DNA from: Callorhinchus milii | Lineage: Eukaryota | Assembly: GCF_018977255.1 (NCBI RefSeq) | Contig: NW_024704742.1 | Coordinates: 88,104,001-88,168,000 of the forward strand | Length of the DNA stretch: 64,000 nt | Direction: 5' to 3' | Shown: positions 27,040-39,600 of the stretch, piece after piece | Layout: each line of letters begins with the position of its first letter | How positions within the stretch are numbered: the first letter of the stretch is position 1 | Position numbers and translations under genes: made by a program | The notes under the pieces: model-generated | Database searches by the model: none | Seen by the model: only the letters and a program-made list of their open reading frames with translations | Told to the model about the DNA's origin: nothing

Positions 27040-27482
27040 GTAACCCATCCAAACCTCCACTGCCCACCTCCTCACCTTCACTAAACTCCACATTCCCTTA
27101 ACCCCAGACCTCACCGGTCTGTCCATGAATCAGTTTCAAGGTGCTGACCTTCACCTATAAATCCATGCATACCTTGGCACCATCTTATATCTCTACACCA
27201 CTCCTCCACTCAGCTAACTCAGGTTTGCTGCACAACCCCTGTCCGCTTTGCACCACCATCAATGGGCAAAACTTCAGTTCCTGCTCCCCTTACCTCTGGA
27301 AATACCTTTACTACATTGCCTCACCCCCTCTCTTTCCAAGTCCTGCCTCAAATCCTACCTCTTTGAACGTGCCTATGGCCACCTCCCCCTCCCGCTTACT
27401 TGGCATCCAACCCAGACCTCAAAAAGCATTCGGAGATGTTACCCCATTTGAAGGGCACTATATAAACAAAAGTTGTTGTTGT
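27040..27482 (+). mobile_element. Decayed L2 3' fragment
   Basis: LTFTYKSMHTLAPSYIS translation and a gggcactatataaa...gttgttgtt tail. Confidence 0.75.
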
Positions 27483-28014
27483 AGTCTCAAACTAAAAATA
27501 CAGTACCTCAAGAAATGTGTTGTATCATGCTGTGTCGCTTAAGTTGTGCCACACTGCATTCTCTAACATATCTATCAGAACAGTTAAAAATAGTTAGGTT
27601 AAAAAATAGGTTGTTAATTTTCAATTATACACTTGGTGGGTTTTTTCATTTATTCACAAATATGCATTGAGCCCAATGATTTACAGAAAAACACTTCCAT
27701 ATTTTTGCATCTCATTCATGTCTGCACCACCCCTATGCGTTACATTATCATCAATGGTTTATTTGGCAAAAGAAACAACAATCCCCAAAGTGTAGAGGGA
27801 CAATGTCCCAAACCACACAATTGTAGTAGCTTTTGACCTCAGAGGTTTAAAGTAAGCTCTTCCATTGCAGAGTACTTTTTTTTTGTTTTAAGTAAGCACA
27901 TCTGAAATCAAGCATAAATGGCCTTCTGAATATTAATTTTGCAGCCAAACAATGTCGCTTCCCACTGCAAATTAACTGCTTCAATGCCTTGAGACATGAA
28001 GCGTTGTAGTACAT

Positions 28015-28422
28015 GTATAATAATCCTAGCATTTGATATTGTGCCTCATCAAGATATCAAAGCACTTCACAGGATTTACTATAAGGTGTAGTGACTATTT
28101 CTTAGGCAAACAAGGCAACTAATTTGCACATAGTCATGTACCACAAACAGCCATAAAATTAGTGAACAATTTTATTTTGGAGATTGTTATTCAGACACTG
28201 GAAGAAACTCCCTTCTCTTTCCAAATAGGACCACAGGAACCTTAACATCCACCCAAACAGGTAGACGGTTTAAAGTCTCATCTGAAGGACAGCACCTCCA
28301 ACAACCAGCACTACACTGGAGTATCAGCCCAGACTGTAAATTCAAAGTCCCAGTTGGGGTTCTTAAACCAATGACCTTCTAACTCAGAAGCGAGATTGCT
28401 GCCAGCTGAGCCAGACTGACAC
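28015..28422 (-). mobile_element. Deu-domain tRNA SINE (SacSINE1/AmnSINE1-like), near full length
   Basis: Minus strand: tggctcagctggcagc head, ggaggtgctgtccttcagatgagac...ggtggatgttaagg central Deu-like domain, L2-like tail. Confidence 0.8.
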
Positions 28423-29140
28423 CTCAATAAAACAGTGTTGATTTTTTCCCTACAATTCACTGTGAATCATCTTGGAAGTATTGTAGGTCCTATGTCACAT
28501 CTTTTAGATCGCAGGTCAACTTCAAAATAGAAATGTGACACACAATGGGAAGCAAATGTAGAGAAAGTTCACTACGCATACTCAACAATACCTTTGAGTG
28601 AGTTTAAAATTGTAATCTAATCTCAGGGTTCGGATGACAAACATAAACCTTTCAGGAAAGCCGCTTACATTTAATGGCATCATCTGAACTCCTAGGTTTG
28701 GATTACTTCTTTTTGATTCACAGAGATAATTATCCTCTGCGCTTTGTGTGTTGCAATATCAAATTTCATATTTACCTTCAGAAGGGATCTAAAACAATAA
28801 CACAAATAACTTACCAATTCCTGAGAACATTTTGACTCGCCAAATTATGTTAGGAGTACACTACCGCACCAAGTTTCTTCTGCAAAAGAATTCTGCAGCT
28901 AAATGACACATTTATAATACTCTGATCTATGATACATTTCAATCCCCAATTAAGGAACTAGCCTTAGAAATCCTTAGAAAATATTTAGCAGAAATACTTT
29001 AGGGATGCACAGGTCCAAGGTGTGGGCAGAAGAATTGTGGCAATGCTCTCATTCATTTCACGCTGACGTATGTTGCCCACCAGGAAGCTCGCAGGGATTC
29101 CTGGTACCAGTTATTCATTTAGAGGGAGCTCCAAAGCTCA

Positions 29141-29450
29141 ATAATAATAATCCTTGCATTTGATATAGCGCTTTTCACGTCGGGAGGACGTCCCAAAGCG
29201 CTTCACAGAACACACTGTAAAGCAAATTGACTGTATATTTGTGGGCGAACGCGGCAGCCAATTGCGCACAGCAATGTCCCACAAACAGTCGTGGATTGAA
29301 AATGACCAATTTATTATTTTGGTTTTGGAGGGATTATTATGAGGCGTGTGGAGTAAGGAAACTTGCCCAAGGTTTCGCGCTGCCTGGAATTGAACTCAGG
29401 TCTCTCACTTGCAAAGCGAGTGCTCTAACCACTGAGCTGCAGGACTCCAC
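29141..29450 (-). mobile_element. Young tRNA-derived SINE, short subtype
   Basis: Full length, CpGs retained. Confidence 0.95.
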
Positions 29451-32425
29451 GACCAACTTGAGATTATCTGGGGGGGGTGGGGGGGAAGAGGAGGGAAAGG
29501 GAAGGAAGAAAGGTCTTGGAGCTGAACAGAGTCTAAGGTAATGTACTTGGCAATAGAATATCAGAAATCAAGCCTCGGTGGCAGTTTCAATGAGCCAGGT
29601 GAGTGTTCAATACTCCAAGAATTGCTAATGACGGACCAGCCAGGCTGGCCATGTGGCTCCTGTTAACTCTGTATATTTTACCCCTTCAGTGCAATAATTG
29701 AACCGTTCTTTTTAAGTTACTGATTAAACAAACTGCTGTGTTCTTACATGTAATCACAAATATCATGACAAGTACAAGAGGTGCAAGTTAACTTCAAACA
29801 TCACAACGTCACATTAAAGATATGCAATGTCAACTGCAGTCACTACAGCATGAACACTTAGAATTGAAAAATGCACAACTCTTTCCATATTAAATTTTTT
29901 TAAAAAAATCAGATTCAAAGACATTAAGTTCAGACCACGTAAACCAGAAAAATTGACGACATGCGGGTGAAAAAAAATCATTAGGTGGAGCAATGCTGCG
30001 TGCTAATATCTGGCACTCCACCTCTTCTCGTGCGCATCAGCCACGTCTGTATGCTTAGCAACCCAAGCAACTTCCTGCTCTTTAGAATCACTAGTGTTTA
30101 AAAAAAAGTGATTACACAGTATTAACAGAATAGTCAGCATTGGCAATACCAACAGGACATAACATTTGATAAGACAAAAAGGGGGCAGGCTTCATAGATC
30201 CCGCTGCACCAAAAGATTACCAGAAATTGAGCTCCCAAATAGGCTGCACTGGGACAAAGCAGACTGAACTGGTAGCTCCCAACACTTCTATCATTTTTGG
30301 AAAAAAATACTAACAATAATGAGCCAATAGTTCATAGGTCAGCTTTTGAAGCAGTGTTATATCATACAGTCAGCTCTTTGTTACTTAGAGCAGACCACTA
30401 GCTCACCTTACTAGAGCAGGGATGGCTCACAAACTGTAAGTTGGCCCTACCTGCTGTAGAGCATTATTGCATTATACACCCACAACATTTAGGATCTCTT
30501 GGGAGTGGACTTTCAATTAGAGAGATACTGTTCATTACTGACAGAGGTAGCTGCTTTAGTCATACCAAATAAGTACATTATGTGCAAAGCTAATTTGGGG
30601 CTATTGGTCACTTCATGAAAGGGCATATTTCCAACAACCTTAAACTCAACTGCTTTAGCAGGTCAAAAACTTTGAGATTCACTTTCTCAATAAATCTTTA
30701 GTCATTTTTACAAATATGAAATAAACTACTGGGCCACAGGTTCAGATAATTATTTTAGTGAGGCAAGATTCTACAGACATTTTCCAAGAAAATCGGCTAA
30801 CTTTTCTCAAAGAAAATCAACTTTGCTTTCTACATAGGATGGTGAATAAGTCAGTGATTCAGTTTCATCTTGAGCCATATAGATCAGGAAAATACTCGGA
30901 ATGATCAGTTGTTTAATGTTTGCAAGTTGCGCGTAACAGAGGAACCACAAGTCTGACCACTGAGCAATCCCTCCCATCAGGATTGGACTTGGCACAGTTA
31001 AACAACCTGCCATCACTTAAGTGTGCTGGAAATTTTAGGAGGTAAACAGTCAAATATTACCACATTTTATAGATAGTAGTGTTAATGAATGTGTAAAGAC
31101 AAAACTAAACTATTTTTGTGCAATTTCCTTACTAATATTTCTTTCTCATTTAAAAAACAGGAAAAGTATAGTAATGTAACTGCTCATCACATACCAAAAT
31201 GGCCAAAAATGTCACTACAGGGAAGAAATGTAGAACAGGCATCCTACAGATTTCACTAATTCCTTTGGTAAGCCGCAACTGCGGGGATGAAAGTTTTTGT
31301 CCATTCAAAAACTATTATATGAAGTTATCTGTTAGTTTCACATGGGAAGGAAAATTCAGCTAGTGGGAGGGGGATGAGGGGAGTCTCCTTCAGATGCCTT
31401 TACCTTCAGGCATGGGTCTTCAGAAATCATTCCTCACAGTACCATCAGTTTCTTATTTCCTCTTGTAAGAATACATATAGTACATTGTATTCTACTGCCA
31501 CTTGCCTCAAAGAATGCCCATATTAATTTGAACTGTTAAGGAAAGGCATCACATTATACAACCAAGTACAAGGTGGTTNAAAAAAGCTATTGGAGTAATG
31601 TAGAGGAGAATGAAGCTGTTCCAACCACAATTTGCCTGGAAAAGGTTATTGTGCTTGCAGGGTCAGGGAAAATAAAGTAGTTTCCTGGAAGAAGAGACTT
31701 TTCCAACCACATCATGTTCATTGGACAGGAATTGCTGAGGTATACTTAATGCTCACTTCATATCCAGCACTCATCAAATAGAAATGGCGATCCAGTACAT
31801 CCATTCACAGCCACAAGTTTCCAAACTTTAAGGAAATTCTTACAGCACTTAAGATTCCAGCATTAGGACTAATGTGTCTAACAGGATTACTATAACACGG
31901 CCAAAATAATAATCCTTGCCTTTGATATAGTGCATTTCACATCAGAAGGACATCTCAAAGCATTTCTAAGTATATTGACTATATTTTGTAGTCAAACACT
32001 GCAGCCAATTTGTGCATCCCAATATCTCACAAACTGAGCTACAGGACTCCACATTCTATCTTCTGAGGAATGGGGAGGAATGGTATACATCCACCTGAAC
32101 AGACGGATACACCTATATCAGTAGAGCTTTTGGGTGTAGAAACACCCAGAATGTGCAGGTTGGATTTGAGACCCCAATGTATGTGTTCAAACGAATAACA
32201 TTTCTAATTTGGAATGGTCTCCCCTATGGAACAGTTTCACTTCCAGAAGTATAGATAAACCAAAATGGAAAAGTCCATGTTGGATACTGTTGTTTCTTTA
32301 ATAGGCATCTCAGTCAGTAACTGTGTTTTGATTTTCATTCAATGAATGTTTCTCATTTAACAATGTTTTCAAAATACACGTGAGAGAGGGAAGAAAGTTT
32401 TTTTTCCTTAAAATTGTAAACTTAC

Positions 32426-32624
32426 ATTACCGGAGCAGACATTAGTATCTAATGGGAAGTGGAGGGGAGGGGGGAAGGTGAGAGAACTGCAGCAGCACTA
32501 AAGACAAGATCCATAGGATTTGTTACTCAATAATTGTCCATCCCTTTGGGTACGGCAACCAACAGGCCTCCATCCTGACAAGACAATCCAAAAGAACACT
32601 TGAGAGGAATCGTGACTATGAATC
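32426..32624 (-). other. Candidate alternative non-coding exon (199 nt, or a 23-nt microexon 32426-32448)
   Basis: Donor AAT|GTAAGT. Outer acceptor ctcttgtgtgtgcag|GATT; inner acceptor with a long pyrimidine tract ttctctcaccttcccccctcccctccacttcccattag|ATAC. Unique, non-repeat sequence. Confidence 0.4.
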
Positions 32625-34085
32625 CTGCACACACAAGAGCAATTCATTGAAAGATCGACATTGCAGCAACACAAAAAGAAAAAGAGGTATTAAACTAGAC
32701 ATAATAATGATTTGGAAATTTTCATTGACAGAGGAGCAGTATAACACTCAGCAGGGATGCAAAAACAGGGACATTCTCAACTCTCGGTCCCGCTTCAATT
32801 CTTTCATTGTACTTGGCAATCCTCATACAATACAGGAGCTTGAAAGGCAGTAGCACCTGCTGTGAAGATCCCTGTTCTACACCCCGATTACATTGTTCTC
32901 ACGGATTTTACTAAAACAGCTGTGTGAACAGTTTAGCAGAGTTTACTGTAAGTCAAGAACCATCCACTGGAAGTGACTGTGACAACATCACAATACAGTA
33001 GGTGTTATTACCAGACGTAATTTGTGATGTTTCCATGGAGGCAACACTTTAAATCCATTCAACTACAGTGCACAGAATACATTTTGAATGAATTTCAACA
33101 TAGGTTTTATTTGGCATACAATGAATACTGTAGAACACTATCTTCACAGGGCGTTATTTCAGGCTAGTCATTTTTCACTGAGGTTGTGATGACAATATAT
33201 TTACTAGTAAACTGTACTAAAGGCAACTGAGAAGAGATTTTTATTCACATTTGCATATATTTTTCCTTCCATGGCAGTCAGCAAAGTAAAATATGCATGA
33301 CATGTTTTGCCCACAAAATATATAGTGAATTTACTTTACAGTATATTCTGAGAAGTACTTTGAAATGTCTTGATGACGTGATAAGCCGCTGTATCAAAAG
33401 CAAGGGTCATTATTATTATAGAAAACACATTCATGTGAAAAAAACAGCCTGAATTTAAAGTGAGACCATCTGTTGTTTAGATTTAAAAGTACTAATATTC
33501 TGGGTATGAAAAAAGTAATAATGGGTTTGCTTCTAACACAATTCCCAATTATCAGGAAACCTACTTCTATGATGTGGCCTCAGTATATAAAAAGGCCAAG
33601 AGTGCACTCGCTATGCTAGTTATAGTCAACACTTTCATGAAGAGTAGTTTCCTTTGCATCCACAGCACCATAAAAAAAGCTTGTGTTTAATCAGGGGGTT
33701 TGATTTATCAGGATGCCTTCACTCACAACTTAGTACCCTCTGATTGTTTGCCTATATGGTCAGGATTCATTTGTGGGCCTCAGTAGTGAATGTGAGCAGG
33801 CTATTCAACCAGCGGGATGGGGGAGGGGAGGTAGGAGAAGTAAGCAGCTGAGCTCGATCCAGTCTTCAAGCAGCAGCCACACATGCAGATCTCCAGGAGG
33901 AATTAGAACTATAGAAATCTACAACACAGCAGGAGTCCTTTTGACCCATTATATCTCTAGATAGTGATCAGCACTAGAAACTGTGGCTAATTTTCCCCCC
34001 TCTCCAAGGTACCAACATAAATTGTAGTATTCCTAGTACCACCCCGATAGCTAACTCAGTATGGATTCCTGATGTAACGGGACAC

Positions 34086-34568
34086 TTGCCCAGTCTGTTT
34101 GCTTTAGTTAGTCAGTTAATCATCAGAATCTACAAACTTAAATTTATTAAGAACATTTCCTAAACTTTTATTGCAGAGGCTGATGAAATAGTTGGGTTGA
34201 GCGCTAAGTGGAGTCAAGTTAGAAAATCGGGTCAAAGGCCAAGAATCATGATTCTATCTCAGATTTTGCAAATTCTTATTTCCATTTCAAACCTTGCAGT
34301 GTTGAGCATGGTGGGAACAGAGCCAAGTGTAGAAGGGACTAAGCTAAAGCTGGGAGCAAGGCAGAATTGCATGAAATTAATTTTTGCATGATTGTGGATT
34401 GTCATTTGCAATTCATAAAATATTCATTATTTGCAGATTTGTACTTTTAGCGCTCAACCCAGCTGTTTCACCAGCCTCTGTAATAAAAGTTTAGGAAATG
34501 TTCTCAATAAATGTAAATATGTAGATTCTGATGATTAACTGATTAATTAAAGCAAACAGACTGGACAA
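34086..34568. repeat. Foldback element: 122-bp inverted arms (~91% identical) around a 239-bp spacer; possible MITE
   Basis: 34086-34207 is the reverse complement of 34447-34568 with about 11 mismatches counted by eye. Confidence 0.88.
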
Positions 34569-36510
34569 TTTATAGGAATTCTGTTCCCATGTAGCCCCAT
34601 CAAATCTGTACCTGTACCTTTGTATCCCCATAAATGTGTACCTGAATTTCATCAATACCCATTTAAACAATTTTTTTTTAAAAATCCAAAATAGGCAGAA
34701 TACAATAAAAGGACCTAAATGTTTATCACAATTATTTTGCCACAAATTTGTGGGCCTTCCGGTGAAAAAAATCTCTAAATCGGTAGAAAGCCTCATTTTT
34801 TTTAACAAAAGGTACTGAAATACAAAACACGTTTGAACTTTTGTTTTGAATAACCTCCTGAACAGAGACACCCTCTACAATTTCTGAGGATATTGCTGAA
34901 ACACGCTTCAATACTCAGGCTTGGATCCCCAACATCCTTAACCATTAATTTTAATTTAGTGATCAAAGGAAATATGTACCAGGAGGCTGGGGATATTTTT
35001 TCACCAATTGCTCAAGGCCAAAATCATTATAGGCCCTTACCTCAGGGTATTCTTTCAAAACCTATAACAATCTACCTTCATTAAAAGCCTATTATAGGGC
35101 TTCTATAAAGCTGCTAACTTTCAATGTACAGTATATTTTAAACTATGCTTCGTAAAATTCACTGGGGCGTACATCTTATAGCAAGTAAACTGCTGTATCT
35201 GGCTCCAGATTAGTCAATATTCGCTTGCATTAGAAAGCAGGAGAATTTCAGAATGTCAGTGCAGTGAGTGTCGATTTCATCCGAAATAGTTCTCAGCTTC
35301 AGCTAAAATACTGTGGAGAAAGTAAAGTGATCATATGGATTTGAATCTTGCATGCCTGGTTGAGCTCACATTGAAAAGAATGCATCCATGTGTATTTTGT
35401 GTGAAGGACTGTTTTAAGAAGTGCTGCAGTGTTTGGGTTTAGACCTATGGCTGCTACTTTCCAATTGTTGCTTCTGAAAATTTGAATGAACTCCTCCTCC
35501 CCGCACTGTTCAAATCTGTGGCTAAGAGGGTGGGTGAGCTGCTTGCAGGCCAGGCCCTTTCTTATCACACTCCTGAACCAGCTACCAGTGGCACACAAGA
35601 AAGACCAAACAAACTCCTCTCGGCCTCTTCGCTCCCTGCAAAAGTTCCATTCAAGACTTCGCATAGACATCAACATCAGTTCAGAAAACAAGCTTTTTTA
35701 AAATCAATTGCTTATTGCATACAAAGTAATACTATTTGTCTACTGCTAGAGTTCAAACACAAGATTAATATGCTGCATTACTAAATGCCTTTTTATTCTC
35801 GATTTTGTTTAAATTAAATTCTAAAATGGACAATTTAAATGAAGTTATCAAAGTCATTTAAAAAAAGTCACTTTTTTTAAAAAAAATCATATTATACTGC
35901 CATTTAAATTGAGGCTTCTGTTAATTAAGTCTGAGTGCATTAGTGCTATGTGTTACTAGTACTGTAAAATACACATTTAATATAGCGCCTTCCTTTTAAG
36001 TCTCAAAGTTTTCCAGAATCTTGGGACGTCCACCCGACGTAAAAGGCACTATACAAATGTAATTTTGTCGTTATTTTAACATAGCTGGCTGGGAAGCCAA
36101 GCTGGGGGTGGAAGCAGAATGGGGTGGAGAGGGAAAAAATGACCAAAGCACAGTCAAAGAGTCTGTCTTGAGATGGACCTTGAACTCAGCAATGGAGGGA
36201 GTTGGAGTGACTCTGGGATGGAGTTTCAGAGGAGGGAGGGAAGAATGGATGAAAGGCCTCCCACCAGTGGCCCTGATAGAACATGATGATACAAGCGGTG
36301 TTTACTGAGCAAAGGAAGAAGCCAAATTGGTAGGGTTAAAGGCGGTCACAGAAATAGCGTACAACGAGATCGTGGAGGAATTAGAAGATGAGAACCAGAT
36401 CTATAGTGTGAGGCTGAAGTGACTTTAAGGTTTGAAACTGTGGTGTGACAATATAAAATAAAGTACTTCTATTAATGGCAATAAGAGGCTCACATATTAT
36501 ATAAGTTACA

Positions 36511-36652
36511 TAATAATAATAATAATTGCATTTGATATAGCGCTTTTCACGTCGGGAGGACGTCCCAAAGCGCTTCACAGAACACACTGTAAAGTGAATT
36601 GACTGTATATTTGTGGGCGAACGCGGCAGCCAATTGCGCACAGCAATGTCCC
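36511..36652 (-). mobile_element. 5'-truncated young SINE
   Basis: Tail and body match the 29141 copy. Confidence 0.9.
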
Positions 36653-39600
36653 AATAGTTAATAATAGGCAGGTTTACTTCCCCTCTTAAAATAAAAGCTT
36701 TGGCTTCCAATGACTATTGTCTTACCGATAAGAAAGGCACTATATAAATGAAATGTCTTGTTGTTGCATTTTATTGTAAGGCTTTACAACCCAAGACAAC
36801 TAGTTTGGTTTGATTGTTAGCCATTTGTTTCAAACTATTTCAAATGTTTACTGCAGACCATTCAATTTAGCTGAAAATAGTGAGATCTCATTAGCATGAA
36901 CAAGGTGGGCATCAATTATAAAATGTGCACACGAGATAACATAACACTGGAAAAATGTCAAAAATGTACTACTACTATGATGATTAACAGAAAGTGCACC
37001 GTCCAGATAGAGTATAAAGTTTTGATCATTCTAACGCTAAGTAGAATCTATAGACTAATAGAATAAAAACTGGGTAAAACATCACACTCACAATGGAACT
37101 GAATTCAGTTTAACTTGAATATTCAAGGGTACAACAAAGACAATAACTCACCCAAGATCAATAAAGACAGTAGTTTCTTCACATATATGAAAGACCCACC
37201 AGAGTGAATGCCACAAGAGTGACTGAGGTGCAGGCAGGACTTTCATATGAGTGAAAGAATTGTATTTGATAAGAAAGCATGGAACGAGAACAGGCTATTC
37301 AACATCAAGCTTAGTCATACGAAAAGACAACTTATAATTTAAGTGATAAACACAGCACAATTTACCTTCACCTCATGCAGGAGATCTTCTGATTTCTCCT
37401 TGACCACCAAAAGTGATCAAGCAAAGCTCCAACATATCAATAATCAATGTTGAGCAACTTGTTCCTTTTGGAATGAATTTTGCCAGTGGGTATGGTACAC
37501 AATGTTCTGCCTCATACCAAAAAGCAGCAGCAGGTAAAAAAAAGTTCACGTCCTTTCATTGAGATCCAAACATCGCACTTCATTCTGGCCATGGAATGAT
37601 TACGAGGACTCTAAAGACAGGAGTCCATTTGAATTTCTACCTTCAATATTACAATCAACGATTCAAAGTGCAGAAGTAGTGATGAAGTAGTTAAGGTGTG
37701 CTCCAGATGTCATCAGTATAATTTGTGTTTTCAAGATATGATATTTTATAAATGTGTCAATGGACTAAACATTATTTTCATAGCACAAATTAGGCTATCT
37801 CATGTGATTGATCTTCTCCATGGGATCAAACCTCACTGGACAGTCATCCAGTCCAACAGCTACCCCACATCCATAGAAAAGGTCAGAAGATGGGGATTGG
37901 ATAAATACATGAATAAAAATACTATTGAAGGGCATAGGGAAACTGCATTAGAATGAAATTAGATAGCTCCAGTGGGGGAACAAATGTTAGCATTGTCCCA
38001 ATGGGTCAAAATGCTTTAAACTATACGATTCTATAGAGGTCATTGTTCTTCACCGCAGTTTCACAAAATCATGTTTTCCTCTTTTTAGATCCCCTTTTTG
38101 TAATTCCTATCCTCATTTTTATAACTGCCCTATGACCAGGAGCAAATAAAAGAGCAAGTTGTAAGAGCAATCACAAAACCAGCAGTACCCATGCCCAGAC
38201 TGCAGATATCCCAATTTGGCTCAAGTTAGATGAGTGTCGAATATCCCCATGTAGATTCATTAAGTTTTAAAGTATATTTGAATAAAGGATAAAAATGCAA
38301 TTTGGGAACAAATGGATTGTGCATATTCTTAAACTATCCAAAAAATCTGCAAAAATTACCAAGAACAGTTTATACAGGTGAACTTGGGTTCTCCTCCATC
38401 CTCCTTTAAAAGACTATCCCATTTCCTCAAGCAGCATCAGTGCAAACAAGATGAGCACTCTTGTTATATTGCCCAAGTTGAACAGCATCTAACAATAATT
38501 TGATTGATCTTTTTACATAATTGAGAAACAATTTTTGAACCTTTCAACAGTGAAATTGAGGTGCAATATCAAATCACAAGAACAATTGATGAAATTTTCA
38601 AAATCAAATCAGGAAGCAACAATAAATGAATGACTGCATTTCTGGACTGAAAGTGTATTCCTCACACCTGTGACACATGGAATTCAGTAATACTTCTTAT
38701 GCACAATGCAGCTTTGGACCATCGCCACATCGCCTGTACTACTTTTTAAACTGAAGAATTCTGGAACTTGAGAATTTTATAATTAACAGCAACAGGCTGT
38801 ATAGGTGAAAATAAGCCCTCCTTGCTCCCATCCATCATTTACATTTTTTTCTTCTTGGTTAAATTAATGAGTATTGGTCCCACACCATATTCACCATAGC
38901 ACTGGTTCCACATTGTAGCTCAATAGAAGTACTCAAATATTTGTAATGTGCTGCTTTTTTCTAAATAATGTCAGGAAAAACATCCTGAAGTTTATGTTTT
39001 CAATTGATTTTACTTTTTTGTCATTTTAAACTTGTTTTAAAAAAATGCATTTTCCAGCCCAGTGAATCAACTCAGTGGGAGTTTTGTTTCTTCTTAGATC
39101 AGACCACTGTGAAGGAATATGTATGAAATAAGTATAAATTAATCTTACTGTTTAAAAAACTATACAAGTGTTTTTTTATGTAAACAGATACATTAAAATC
39201 GAATGAGTTAGAAAAAGCAACTACTGAAATTCTTAAATTATCAAGTTGATGGAACACAGAAGTATTTTCAATTTAAAGTACGCTTTAAATACCCCCCCCA
39301 CGCCAGCTAGATGTTTTAGGCTTGCTGAAAACCAATGAGTAACGATATTCACTTCTTTTGCAAGGTGCTATCATTTAGATGCTCAGTAGGACTGCCTAAC
39401 AGGTAAAGACCATTAAGATCAATCCATTTTAAATGCACAAAATAGAATCCAAGCATTTTTTCAGGGCATTTTTGGGGGTCAAAAATGGGCGGGAGGGAAA
39501 AAAGGGGGGGATAGAGAAATGAGACATAACCCCACTACCATCACTGGTGATTCAGTGAAAAATCAGGATTTATTTTGGAACATCAGAAGTTTAAGAAAGC

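Noticed and set aside
28814..28895. Possible minus-strand exon (donor TTG|GTAAGT)
   Set aside because: Splice-like signals only, weak acceptor, no coding or conservation support.
35299..35784. Overlapping 100-130 aa ORFs in unique DNA
   Set aside because: No similarity to RFX or other known proteins and no convincing splice boundaries.
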